The notes beneath the pieces are model-generated. The model had not been told where the DNA came from and did no database searches. It saw only the letters and a program-made list of their open reading frames with translations. This document shows, one piece after another, positions 15,095 to 23,732 of a DNA stretch of 25,439 nt. The stretch spans positions 1 to 25,439 of the forward strand of contig VFKU01000787.1 in assembly GCA_009885415.1 (NCBI GenBank). Direction: 5' to 3'. The first letter of the stretch is position 1. Each line of letters opens with the position of its first letter. This DNA comes from Rhodothermota bacterium (GTDB lineage Bacteria; Hydrogenedentota; Hydrogenedentia; Hydrogenedentales; GCA-2746185). The position numbers and the translations under genes are program-made.

Positions 15095-18000
15095 ATGATC
15101 GGGAGTATTCTTGCCAGAGGTTGGTGGGCGCGAGCGATCTGCGTGGCAGCGGGCGTGTGGGCCTGCGCAGGCCATGCCATCGCCCAAGACGGCATTCCGC
15201 CGTTGCTGAGCCGCGAACCGCTCGGCGCAACTGGCGCGCGCGGTTTTGCGTCTCCGCTCGCCGTCAACGTCTCGCTCTACCGCGACACGCTCACCGCCGG
15301 CGACAAGGCGCTCTACAACGAAATCTTCGGCCACTTCGCGGACGCCGTCTTCGAGGCGACCGAGGGGCAACACTTCGTTGAGAAGATCACCGTCTTCCAA
15401 AATGGCCAGCCCGTGGTCGATACGCCGCCCGTTATTACCATCTCCGGCGATACCCCGGTCAACCTCGAAGTCGGAGATGTCTATCTCGAGCAAGGCGCGA
15501 CCGCCTTCGACACGCCCGATGGCGACCTCACCTCGAGCGTGATTACCTTCGGCAGCGTGAACACGGCGATTGCAGACACTTACTTTGTCGCCTACATCGT
15601 CAACGACTCGGCCGGCCAACAGACCATCGAATTCCGGATCGTGAATGTCATCGGCAAAGATCCCGTGATCACGATATGGGGACAGAATCCACTGACCATG
15701 ACGGAAGATACGCCCTACCCGTACGCCCCTGGAACGCCAATTTTTGGCGAGCCTTTTGTACGAGCCCTCGACGTCTCGGATGGCCTGCTCACGTCTCCCA
15801 ATTTAACCTCTTCCTTCGACGTGGACACGAGCGAACCCGGCACGTACTTCGTCACCTACGAGGCCACGGATTCACAGGGAAACATCACGCGGGCCGCGCG
15901 CAAGGTCAATGTCGTGGTCGAGAATTCCGAGGATCCGGTAATCCAAATCCTAGGGCCACCCCTCCCGCCCGCCCCGCCCGGCCCCTTCCCGCCGGAAGTC
16001 CCCGACCAAAACAATAGCGGTAATCCGCTGACTATCGAAGTCGGCGACGTATTCTATGATCCGGGGGCGGAGTCTGGCGGGGCCCTCGTCACCGAGTACG
16101 ATCAGGATCTTCAGAACGGGCAAATCGCGCAATTCGACGGCACCTACTTCGTTGTTTACACCGCGACGGACGCGGAAGGCAGGACGGTCACCGAAACCCG
16201 GACTGTGGTCGTGGTCGGGAAAGACCCCGTGATACAAATCGACGGGGACAACCCCGCCACGGTCGATGTCGGATCGGCGTATATAGACCCTTGGGCGACC
16301 GCCTCCGACGTCTCGGACGGCGACCTCACGGATCAAATCGAGGCCGTGAGCGACCTCGATACGATGACGCCGGGGACCTACTTCATCCAATACCAAGTCA
16401 CCGACTCGAAAGGAAACACGACAACGGAGTTTCGCCAGGTCAACGTGGTGAAGTCCCTGGATTACGGGCAGACGTCGAACGTTTTCTGGCTGCCGTCCGG
16501 CGTGCCCAATTTCCGGCTGAGCGGGGGCATTGGCACCGGCGGCGGACAAGTCACGATGTACGACATTTTCGAGAATGGCGAAGCGGGCGCCGACATCAAC
16601 TTCCTCTCCACATCGCAGAACCGGCGCCGCGCGGGATATATCCTCGCGTCCCTGTGGATGCAGTATTACCTCGGCCTGGGGACTGAATTTAAGGACATCG
16701 GATCGGACATCGCGGTGAGGAATTCATTGCTGGCCGATCCCTTCTCGCCTGCGCTCGCGCCGGACGGGGCGGGGCTCAATCTTTCCGCGACGCTCGACGG
16801 CGTGGCCACGGCCGGCCAGTTCGATCTCTTCGAAGATACACGCGCCACGTCGCAGTTCCGCTTGCAAGGCGCCAGCGCGTGGGCAACCATCGCCCGCTCC
16901 TACGATCCCAAGTCCGCGCGGCTCATCGCCAAACGGCCCCGGACCTTCTATCCGGAGTTGGCCGCCGCTGCCCCGGTCGGCACCGCCGCGCCTGTGACAA
17001 ACTTGTCGTCCGTGCCGACGGGCTCTTTCCTGGGAACAAAGTATCTCAAGGGCGAGCGCTCCTTCTTCCGCATTGCCAGCGAAAACACGCTTCCCGTCGT
17101 CCGCGGTCAACGCAAGCGGGCCGCAGACCCTTGTGTCCCCGGACGCCTCATCGACATACCCACGACCGCACCCATCGTCTTCGAGTTCCCCGTTGACTCC
17201 AATCTGCTGGAATTGAGCGTATCGATTTCCGAGCCATGCACCAGCGACCTCATCAATCTCGATTCCATACTGATCGATCCCCTGGGTCGCCGCGTCGATC
17301 CGGAGTTTCTCTCAAACGACTCCACACAACGAATATACATAAAGAACCCCTCGGTGGCCGGGAAATGGCGCCTGGAGCTCTCCGCCCGTTCCTTCACCGC
17401 CGAAGGCGTGAAGATCGATGTGACTGCGAGCAGCTTCGAACACAAACACCGAATCTCCGCGGATCTCGTCCATAAACCCAGCAACTTGGCCACGCGCGTC
17501 GTTACGTATCCCGATCCCATCGTGCTGGAAGTGAGCGACACTGCCGGCCAAGCGACGCGCGGCGCCACGGTCAAGGGAAACCTTCGGCTGCCGACCGGTA
17601 CCGAGATTCCCGTGACCTTCTCCGACAACGGCGTCAGCCCGGACCTGATCGCGAACGACGGCAGCTACTCGACTGATCTGCGCTATCCGCAGAACGGAAT
17701 TTACCATCTCGAGGTTTCCATCGCTGACCTTGCGGGCACCGCGTCCCTCACGTACACGGGCACTTCGCGCGCGCCGAGTCTGGGCCTCGACGGCATCGTC
17801 AGCACGCCGGCGCCGGCCGATGTTCCCGTCGGCGAACCGTACATGCGGACCCTGTTTCTCGATTTCACCGTCCAGGACCTCGCTACAGACGATCACGGCA
17901 ATACAGCGGCCGAGTTCACCAGTCTCCTCTTGACGAACGCGGACAAGCCGGGAAGGATCGATACCTCGACCGATATCGACTATTTCCGCATCCAGGTGAG

Positions 18001-18625
18001 GTCGCGCGCGGCCGTCGATACCGTGGCACGACTTACGAACGCGAGCGGCGGTGGGCAATACCTGCTGCGGATGTTCGACTCGACGGGGATCAGGGAGATC
18101 GCGCGCGGGTCGAATGGGCCTTCGGGGTATCCGCAGATTCACGATGATCTGGAACCGGGAGCCTATTTCCTCGCCGTGAGCGCGTCTGGCGCGAAGGTGG
18201 GCGACACTTATTCTGTCAGCGCGGGCCCGCCGATCCCCTCCGATCTGGCGGCGATCGGCATTGATGTGATTTCCGGCGGCAGCCGTGGCGGTGGTGGCGG
18301 AGGCGGGGGTGGCGGGTGCTTCATCGCGACCGCGGCCTACGGCACGCCGCTACAAGCCGAAATCGATCGCATCCGCGGGCTGCGCGATGAGCGTCTGCTT
18401 ACAAATGCGTTTGGCGCCGCGTTCACGGATGCGTACTATCGCTTGAGCCCGCCCGTAGCGAACGCGGTGGCGCAGAGTGGCGCGCTGCGAGTTGGCGTGC
18501 GCGGCGGCATCGAGGCCGTCCTGGCGCTGATGAATCTGGACGCGCGTGCCGTGCTCGCGCTCGGCGCGATCGCGGCCCTTATTCTCACCGCTGGCGCCCG
18601 GAAACTCGGCAAGACCCGCGCTTAA
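15095..18625 (+). CDS. Large secreted/surface protein: signal peptide, split CLCA-like metalloprotease-fold domain with four inserted DUF5011-like Ig domains, choice-of-anchor-X-like motif, PPC-like domain, CFI-box-CTERM tail (1176 aa)
   Basis: Signal peptide ending AIA-Q (aa 1-30); FADAVFEATEGQHFVEKITV (CLCA-like); four PVI.I.G...GTYF..Y...D..G...R.V.V repeats; FSDNGVSPDLIANDGSYS; DDHGNT...IDYFRI; Gly linker followed by GCFIATAAYGTP...LRDERL...YYRLSPP. Confidence 0.8.
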   Translation: MIGSILARGWWARAICVAAGVWACAGHAIAQDGIPPLLSREPLGATGARGFASPLAVNVSLYRDTLTAGDKALYNEIFGHFADAVFEATEGQHFVEKITVFQNGQPVVDTPPVITISGDTPVNLEVGDVYLEQGATAFDTPDGDLTSSVITFGSVNTAIADTYFVAYIVNDSAGQQTIEFRIVNVIGKDPVITIWGQNPLTMTEDTPYPYAPGTPIFGEPFVRALDVSDGLLTSPNLTSSFDVDTSEPGTYFVTYEATDSQGNITRAARKVNVVVENSEDPVIQILGPPLPPAPPGPFPPEVPDQNNSGNPLTIEVGDVFYDPGAESGGALVTEYDQDLQNGQIAQFDGTYFVVYTATDAEGRTVTETRTVVVVGKDPVIQIDGDNPATVDVGSAYIDPWATASDVSDGDLTDQIEAVSDLDTMTPGTYFIQYQVTDSKGNTTTEFRQVNVVKSLDYGQTSNVFWLPSGVPNFRLSGGIGTGGGQVTMYDIFENGEAGADINFLSTSQNRRRAGYILASLWMQYYLGLGTEFKDIGSDIAVRNSLLADPFSPALAPDGAGLNLSATLDGVATAGQFDLFEDTRATSQFRLQGASAWATIARSYDPKSARLIAKRPRTFYPELAAAAPVGTAAPVTNLSSVPTGSFLGTKYLKGERSFFRIASENTLPVVRGQRKRAADPCVPGRLIDIPTTAPIVFEFPVDSNLLELSVSISEPCTSDLINLDSILIDPLGRRVDPEFLSNDSTQRIYIKNPSVAGKWRLELSARSFTAEGVKIDVTASSFEHKHRISADLVHKPSNLATRVVTYPDPIVLEVSDTAGQATRGATVKGNLRLPTGTEIPVTFSDNGVSPDLIANDGSYSTDLRYPQNGIYHLEVSIADLAGTASLTYTGTSRAPSLGLDGIVSTPAPADVPVGEPYMRTLFLDFTVQDLATDDHGNTAAEFTSLLLTNADKPGRIDTSTDIDYFRIQVRSRAAVDTVARLTNASGGGQYLLRMFDSTGIREIARGSNGPSGYPQIHDDLEPGAYFLAVSASGAKVGDTYSVSAGPPIPSDLAAIGIDVISGGSRGGGGGGGGGGCFIATAAYGTPLQAEIDRIRGLRDERLLTNAFGAAFTDAYYRLSPPVANAVAQSGALRVGVRGGIEAVLALMNLDARAVLALGAIAALILTAGARKLGKTRA
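15419..16453 (+). repeat. Four tandem Ig-like (DUF5011-type) protein repeats
   Basis: Repeats begin DTPPVITISG, KDPVITIWG, EDPVIQILG and KDPVIQIDG. Each has a TYF.. motif and ends in a V.V strand. Confidence 0.8.
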
Positions 18626-18637
18626 TTCCACACAAGT

Positions 18638-18681
18638 ACATCGGCCCCGATCTGGACCTTAGATCGGGGCCGATGTTTTTT
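18638..18681 (+). terminator. Rho-independent terminator after the surface-protein gene
   Basis: Perfect 16-bp stem ACATCGGCCCCGATCT / AGATCGGGGCCGATGT with a 7-nt loop, followed by a T-run, 12 nt after the stop. It may also serve the convergent cytochrome b gene. Confidence 0.85.
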
Positions 18682-18795
18682 GGAGCCATTTGCGCCTGTG
18701 GCATGGGCGGCCCGCCCATGCGCGCTGGAAAAATAACGATTCGGATTTATTCAGAGAGACGCGAAGGAGCGACTGTCCGTTCGCGCGACTCCGGT

Positions 18796-20172
18796 CTACT
18801 GCGCAGGCGGGGTGCCGCGGAGCGAGCGGAGATACGCGACGAGCGCGTCGAATTTTTCGGGGTCCACCGCCGCCGGCGGCATGATCGTGTCCGGCTTGAA
18901 CGATTTGGGGTCCTTGAGCCAGGCGCGCAAAAAGGTGTCTTGCAAGCGCAGGCCCGCGAGCGACAAGTCCGGCCCGATGTCTTTGCCGACGCCGTTTACG
19001 AGATGACAATTGAAACATTTTTGCTCGCGAAAGACCCGGCGCCCAAGCTCGATGGTCGCCGTTTCGTTGTCCGGCGCGGCGGTGGGAGGGGCGGCCGCCG
19101 CCGTTTCTTGATCCTCCGGCTCCGCCGGCATACGCGAGACCCCGTAGGCGGTGAGGCCCATGAAGATCGCGATCAGGACGGCGGCCGCGGCGACGACCGG
19201 CTTGCGGTCGCGCATCGCCGCGGTGCGTCCGCGATCGAGCCAGGGCAGCGCCGCCAGCGCGAGCGCGAGCGCGGCAGGCAGCGCGAAGGCGACGATCGTT
19301 TTTTGCGTCGCGCCGTGCGTCCAGCGCAGGAGCTCGTAATGCGCCAGGAAGTACCACTCCGGCCTCGGCTGATACGACGTATCGGCCAGGTTCAGCGGTC
19401 CCGATTTCGGCCCGCCATACTCGCCCGCGACCAACACGAGCCCCCCCAACACCAGCGTGATGGCCACCATGTCGCGGAAGAACTGCGCGGGATAGAACGC
19501 GGCCATGCGCGCGCTCGTGTCGCTCGCGGCGCGCATCGGGCCGTGCCGGCGCAACAGGAGCAGGTGCAGCGTGACTAGGGCCGCCAGCGCCCCGGGCAGC
19601 ACGACGATGTGCAGTGCATAGAAGCGTGTCAGCGTCAGCGCGCCGACCGTGTCGCCGCCCAGCATCAGCGTGCGAATCGCCGGGCCGATCAACGGCGCCG
19701 ACGAGGCAATCTCAATGCCCACCGTGCCCGCCCAATACCCCATCTGGTCGAAGGGCAGGAGCTGGCCCGTGTACGCGAGCATCACGACCACGCCGAAAAG
19801 GGCCAACCCGGTGATCCAGTTCATTTCCCGCGGCGTGCGATACGCGCCGGTGAAGACGACGCGGCACAGATGAACAAAGACCGCGACGACGGCGAAGGAC
19901 GCGCCCCAGTAGTGGAGCGCGCGGACGAAATCGCCGAGTGTGATGTTCTTTTCGATCCACGCGATGGATTCAAAGGCCGCTTCGGGATGCGGCACGTAGT
20001 ACAAGGCCAGCAGGACGCCCGTCGCAATTTGCGCCAGCAGCAGCGCGCCGGCCACGCTGCCCAGCGTGTTGCGCCATCCGACGCTGGCCGGCATTTCCTC
20101 GCCCAGAAACTCGCGCAGCGCCCGAAGCGCGCCCGTGCGCGATTCCATCCAGTCGCCGATCCGCGAGGCCAT
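18796..20172 (-). CDS. Cytochrome b (unsplit b6 plus subunit IV type) with a fused C-terminal monoheme cytochrome c (458 aa)
   Basis: Four heme-b His ligands (ALHYW, VHLCR, ALHIV, TLHLL), TGQLLPFDQMGYW, Qo-site RPEWYF, CFNCH with distal Met (IMP). Confidence 0.92.
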   Translation of the reverse strand: MASRIGDWMESRTGALRALREFLGEEMPASVGWRNTLGSVAGALLLAQIATGVLLALYYVPHPEAAFESIAWIEKNITLGDFVRALHYWGASFAVVAVFVHLCRVVFTGAYRTPREMNWITGLALFGVVVMLAYTGQLLPFDQMGYWAGTVGIEIASSAPLIGPAIRTLMLGGDTVGALTLTRFYALHIVVLPGALAALVTLHLLLLRRHGPMRAASDTSARMAAFYPAQFFRDMVAITLVLGGLVLVAGEYGGPKSGPLNLADTSYQPRPEWYFLAHYELLRWTHGATQKTIVAFALPAALALALAALPWLDRGRTAAMRDRKPVVAAAAVLIAIFMGLTAYGVSRMPAEPEDQETAAAAPPTAAPDNETATIELGRRVFREQKCFNCHLVNGVGKDIGPDLSLAGLRLQDTFLRAWLKDPKSFKPDTIMPPAAVDPEKFDALVAYLRSLRGTPPAQ

Positions 20173-20175
20173 CGC

Positions 20176-20649
20176 TTAACCCAGCTCGGCCGTCACGCGG
20201 CCATCGCGTACTTCCGCGGTCAGCCGGCGCAAAGGCCGCGGCGGAGGTCCGCCGAGCACGGCGCCGTCCGGCGCGAAGCGCCCGCCGTGGCAGGGGCACT
20301 GGAATTCGCCGACGCCGGCATTCCACTGCACGGTGCAGCCGAGATGCGTGCAGGTCGCGGAGAGTACCAGCGGCTGGCCCGCGTCATCGAGCCGCGCATA
20401 CACGCGCACCGCGTCTTCGCGCGAATGCCAGCCGTCATTCACCGCTACGCGCAGGTCCACCGCGCGAAACGCGGCGCTGAGTTCCGACAGCGCCCCAAGA
20501 TCCACCTCGCGCCGGCGCGTCACTGCCCGCAGCGGCGCCGTGATGAACAGCGCCGACAGCCCCGCGACCGCTGCGGTCCAAAGGGCCGCCAGCGTCATGG
20601 ACATCGCGGCCATCGCATTGCGCCGCGTGATGGAAGAGTCGTCGTTCAT
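20176..20649 (-). CDS. Rieske 2Fe-2S protein of the Rieske/cytochrome b complex (157 aa)
   Basis: CTHLGC and CPCHG boxes; N-terminal TRR plus TM helix (Tat-type anchor); ends 3 nt before the cytochrome b start. Confidence 0.93.
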   Translation of the reverse strand: MNDDSSITRRNAMAAMSMTLAALWTAAVAGLSALFITAPLRAVTRRREVDLGALSELSAAFRAVDLRVAVNDGWHSREDAVRVYARLDDAGQPLVLSATCTHLGCTVQWNAGVGEFQCPCHGGRFAPDGAVLGGPPPRPLRRLTAEVRDGRVTAELG

Positions 20650-20691
20650 CGTCTCGTGTGTGTGTTGGGGACCGGGACCGGTCCACGAAAT

Positions 20692-20723
20692 TTCAGGGGA
20701 AATCGCCCGGGCGATTCCCTGAA
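20692..20723. promoter_or_regulatory. Dyad upstream of the Rieske gene (possible regulator site or 5'-UTR hairpin)
   Basis: Perfect 16-bp palindrome AATCGCCCGGGCGATT (20701-20716), extended by TTCAGGG/CCCTGAA with a 2-nt bulge. Confidence 0.4.
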
Positions 20724-20825
20724 GAATTTTGCAGAGTGTAGCGATTTCCGGCGCGATCGGGCAAGCCGCGCCGATCCATGGCCACAGTGTCTCCGGGCGC
20801 GTGAAACGACTGCAATGCGTGGCCG

Positions 20826-20865
20826 CACAAAATAGAAGCGCCCCCGGCAGCGCTGCCGGGGGCGC
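20826..20865 (-). terminator. Rho-independent terminator of the lipoprotein gene
   Basis: Perfect 28-bp palindrome GCGCCCCCGGCAGCGCTGCCGGGGGCGC (20838-20865), followed on the minus strand by TTCTATTTTG, 27 nt after the stop at 20893. Confidence 0.75.
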
Positions 20866-20892
20866 GAATACGCGTTGAAATTATTTCGAGGC

Positions 20893-21318
20893 TTAGAACT
20901 GCGCCTGATAGGTCACGAGCCACGCACCCTCGCGCTTCTCGAGCGTGAACTCGAGCGTCAACGCGCCGAAAGCGCCTTCAAGGCCGATCGGCTTCGCCGT
21001 CGCCTTGGCGCCGTCGACCGCGATCACGAGCTTGCTGGTGTCAATCTTGATGTCCTTGAGGAAGCCCTGATCTTTCGCGCCGGTCAGGAACTCCTTCATC
21101 TCGGCCTTGCCGCCGCCCTGATCGGACTTGAAGTCCTCCGCGTAGCTCGCGGTCATCGCTTCGATGTCCTGCGCCACAAGTGAGGCCATCGCCTGATCCA
21201 CCAGTTCCTTGATCATCGTTTCGTCGCTCTTGCCTTTCGCCGCGCCGCCGCCCGCGCACCCCGCCATCACGACCAACGCCAGCGCAACCACTCCAAACTT
21301 CATCGCAATCGCCTTCAT
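20893..21318 (-). CDS. Lipoprotein with an NTF2/SnoaL-like domain (141 aa)
   Basis: Lipobox VMAG-C; IKELVDQAMASLVAQDIEAMTASYAEDF and FTLEKREGAWLV are typical NTF2-like fold ends. Confidence 0.7.
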   Translation of the reverse strand: MKAIAMKFGVVALALVVMAGCAGGGAAKGKSDETMIKELVDQAMASLVAQDIEAMTASYAEDFKSDQGGGKAEMKEFLTGAKDQGFLKDIKIDTSKLVIAVDGAKATAKPIGLEGAFGALTLEFTLEKREGAWLVTYQAQF

Positions 21319-21480
21319 GTGCTCGCCCTTTCTGTTTGTCCTATCCGGAATGATGGACGTGAAAATTCCCCGACCCGACCCGTTCGAGAGGAATGCGGGA
21401 AATCATAGCGCGCGACCGCGCGCGCTTCAAGCCCGTGACCCCTTTGACTCCGCGGGGGCCGGGATCGTTTCAACCACCCA

Positions 21481-23634
21481 TTACTCTTCGCCGGGCCGGT
21501 ATTCCTGCTCGAGGTGGGCCCGGATTTCAGCTTCCTCCCGCCATACGGGCCGCAGCTCGCGCCTGGCGAAAAGCGGGCTCTGGTCGTTGTAATGCGGGGA
21601 GGACTCGATGCTGGTCGCCGCGCCAAACTGGTGGACAGCCTGCGTATGCACCGCGCCCGCTTTGTCCCAGCGCACCATAAGGACAAGAGTGTCGCCCGCG
21701 CGGCCGATGAGGCGCCCGGTGGCCTCGTCCGGCGCGCCATAGACCGCGTGCAGCACGTCGGGCGCGCCGCCGATGCCGACGTCGGCCGAGCCGCGCACGA
21801 CGCGGTTCACCTCGCTCCACGGCACGTCCATCCGGCCGAATCTGGTCTTCAGGTTCTCGACTGTTTGCCCGAGGCTCTTGGCCAGTTCCTCGCCCGAGGG
21901 CACGCCGTCGTTGAAGTTCTTGATCAAGCGGCCCACCGTGAGCACGCCGAGCGCCGCGGCTGGGTTTTCAGGTTGCGTGCCCAGGTCCCATGCGCGCAGC
22001 AGGTCGATCGCTTGTTTGTCCACGGCATCTGGGTGCGCCGCGGCGTATTCCATCAAGGCCTTCATCGAGCGCCCCATCGACGACGCCGTCGAATATTTCA
22101 TGTCGTACTTGTATTCAAGAAACTCGTCCCAGGTGATCTTGTCGTCCGCCGTGAACAGCTCCATCGCCCGTAGCGAGCGGTTGGTCATGCTCGTCTCGAT
22201 GCCCATCGTCGCCGGATACTTTTCCGGATCGGGATTGCCGGGACCGGCCGTGGTCTGGAAGGGCGAGGAGTTGCAGTTCTGAAAAAAGCCGGACGCGGGG
22301 TTCTTCACCAGCGGCAAATCGTCGAAGGGGAGATAGGAATTCCATACTGTCTCCGAGACGTCGCCCGGCAGATATTTTTTGTAATCGTAGCCCGGCGTGC
22401 GAATCGGCAGCTTGGCGTTGTAGAGGTAAAGAATATTTCCTTTATCGTCCGCGTAACCGATGTTGAGCTAGGCGATCGCTTGCAGGCTCACCGCGTCCAT
22501 CCACTCCTCGAGCGTGTTCGCTTTGTTCATGCGAAACCACTGCTCGACTTGGCGAATGTCGCCCATGCCGGCATAGCGAATCGCGTAAACGCCGTGTTTG
22601 GCGCGCACGACCGGGCCCTGAACCGAGCGCAGCACCTCGCGCCGCACGTTCATCGTCATCGCCGACTTGTCGGAGAGCTTGGCCTTGAGCGTTACCGTCT
22701 TTACTTCGAGGTCCAACCACTTCCCGTCGAACCAGTATTGGTTCGGATTGTCCGGATTCATCTTGAGGACGTAGATATCGACGAGGTCGGGCGCGTTGAC
22801 CGTGTGCGCCCAGCCGAGGTGCGCGTTGTGCCCGTGGCCGATGACCGGCATCCCCGGGAAGAGCCCGCCGTACATGTCCCAGCCCTGCTCGCTGTGCAGT
22901 TGCGCCTCGTACCACGCGACCGGCCCCGTGTAGGGCTGGTGCGAGTTGATGGCGAGGTAGGTGCCGCCGTCGGCCGAGCGCGTGCGCGAGACGCCCAGCG
23001 TGTTCGAGCCGAGCTCCATCTGCTTGCGGAAATAATCGCCCGCCATCGCGAAGGCCTCGCCGTCCGCGAAATCGAGCGCGGCGCGTTTCTCCGAGACTTC
23101 GCGCTTGCGTTCCTCGCCGAAGAGTTCGCGCACCGCGTTGTCGAGCCCGAAGAAGAACGGCGCCTTGAACACGAAGCCCGCCACGATGTCCTTGCCGGTA
23201 ATCGGCAGGACCTCGGGCATCAGCACCTGGTTCATGTGCTTCTTCGCGTAGAGATTCACGCCCTCGGCATAGGCCTCGCAGATCGCGCGCGTCTCGGGGC
23301 TCAGGTCCGTGTCGTACTTCGCGTTCACCGAGTCCCACACGCCGAGCAGATGCACCAGATAATCGATCGCCGCCGCGTCCGGCCCGCCGTGCACCCCGCC
23401 CAGACTGCGTCCCGCGATCAGCGCCCCCTGAATCGTCGTGAAATCGTCCTCGCAATGCGCGTAGGCCAGGCCAAAGGCCGTGTCCGCGTCCGTCTTGCCG
23501 AAGATATGCGGCACGCCCCACGTATCGCGCAGGATTTTGACGTCGCGGGTAAGGTCTTCGGCGATCGCCGCAAATGAAAATGCGGAGAACACCGCGATCA
23601 GCACGAACGAACGCCGCATCAAACGAATCGACAT
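21481..23634 (-). pseudogene. Penicillin acylase / peptidase S45 (Ntn-hydrolase) family gene interrupted by an in-frame TAG at 22470-22468
   Basis: Signal peptide, RDTWGVPHI, AYAHCEDDF, beta-chain nucleophile GSN (Ser at 23007-23005), NSHQP, HLGWAHTVN. The same frame continues past the TAG (LNIGYADDKGNI...FFQNCN...HQFGA...SPHYNDQ), giving 717 codons in total. Could be a true pseudogene or a sequence error. Confidence 0.8.
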
Positions 23635-23732
23635 GAAACCCCCCGAATCGGATAGAGAAACAAACATTGTCATTGCGAGGAGCGGGGTTTGCGACGAAGC
23701 AATCTCGTCAACCCGCAACCCTACCTAAAATC

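Noticed and set aside
15958-15990. G-quadruplex-like G-tracts on the minus strand
   Set aside because: Fully explained by consecutive Pro codons on the coding strand.
18275-18316. GGN microsatellite-like run
   Set aside because: Encodes the Gly linker with mixed codons; not a pure slippage tract.
21407-21426. 8-bp GC hairpin AGCGCGCG-ACCG-CGCGCGCT
   Set aside because: Low-complexity CG alternation, expected by chance in this genome; no U-tail.
22468-22470. Genome-wide TAG reassignment or pyrrolysine as the explanation for the acylase stop
   Set aside because: TAG ends ctaA-ctaB (8423-8425), the RND adaptor (10366-10368), the permease (13552-13554), TetR (14381-14383) and cytochrome b (18798-18796) at sensible C-termini; no pyl genes in the window.
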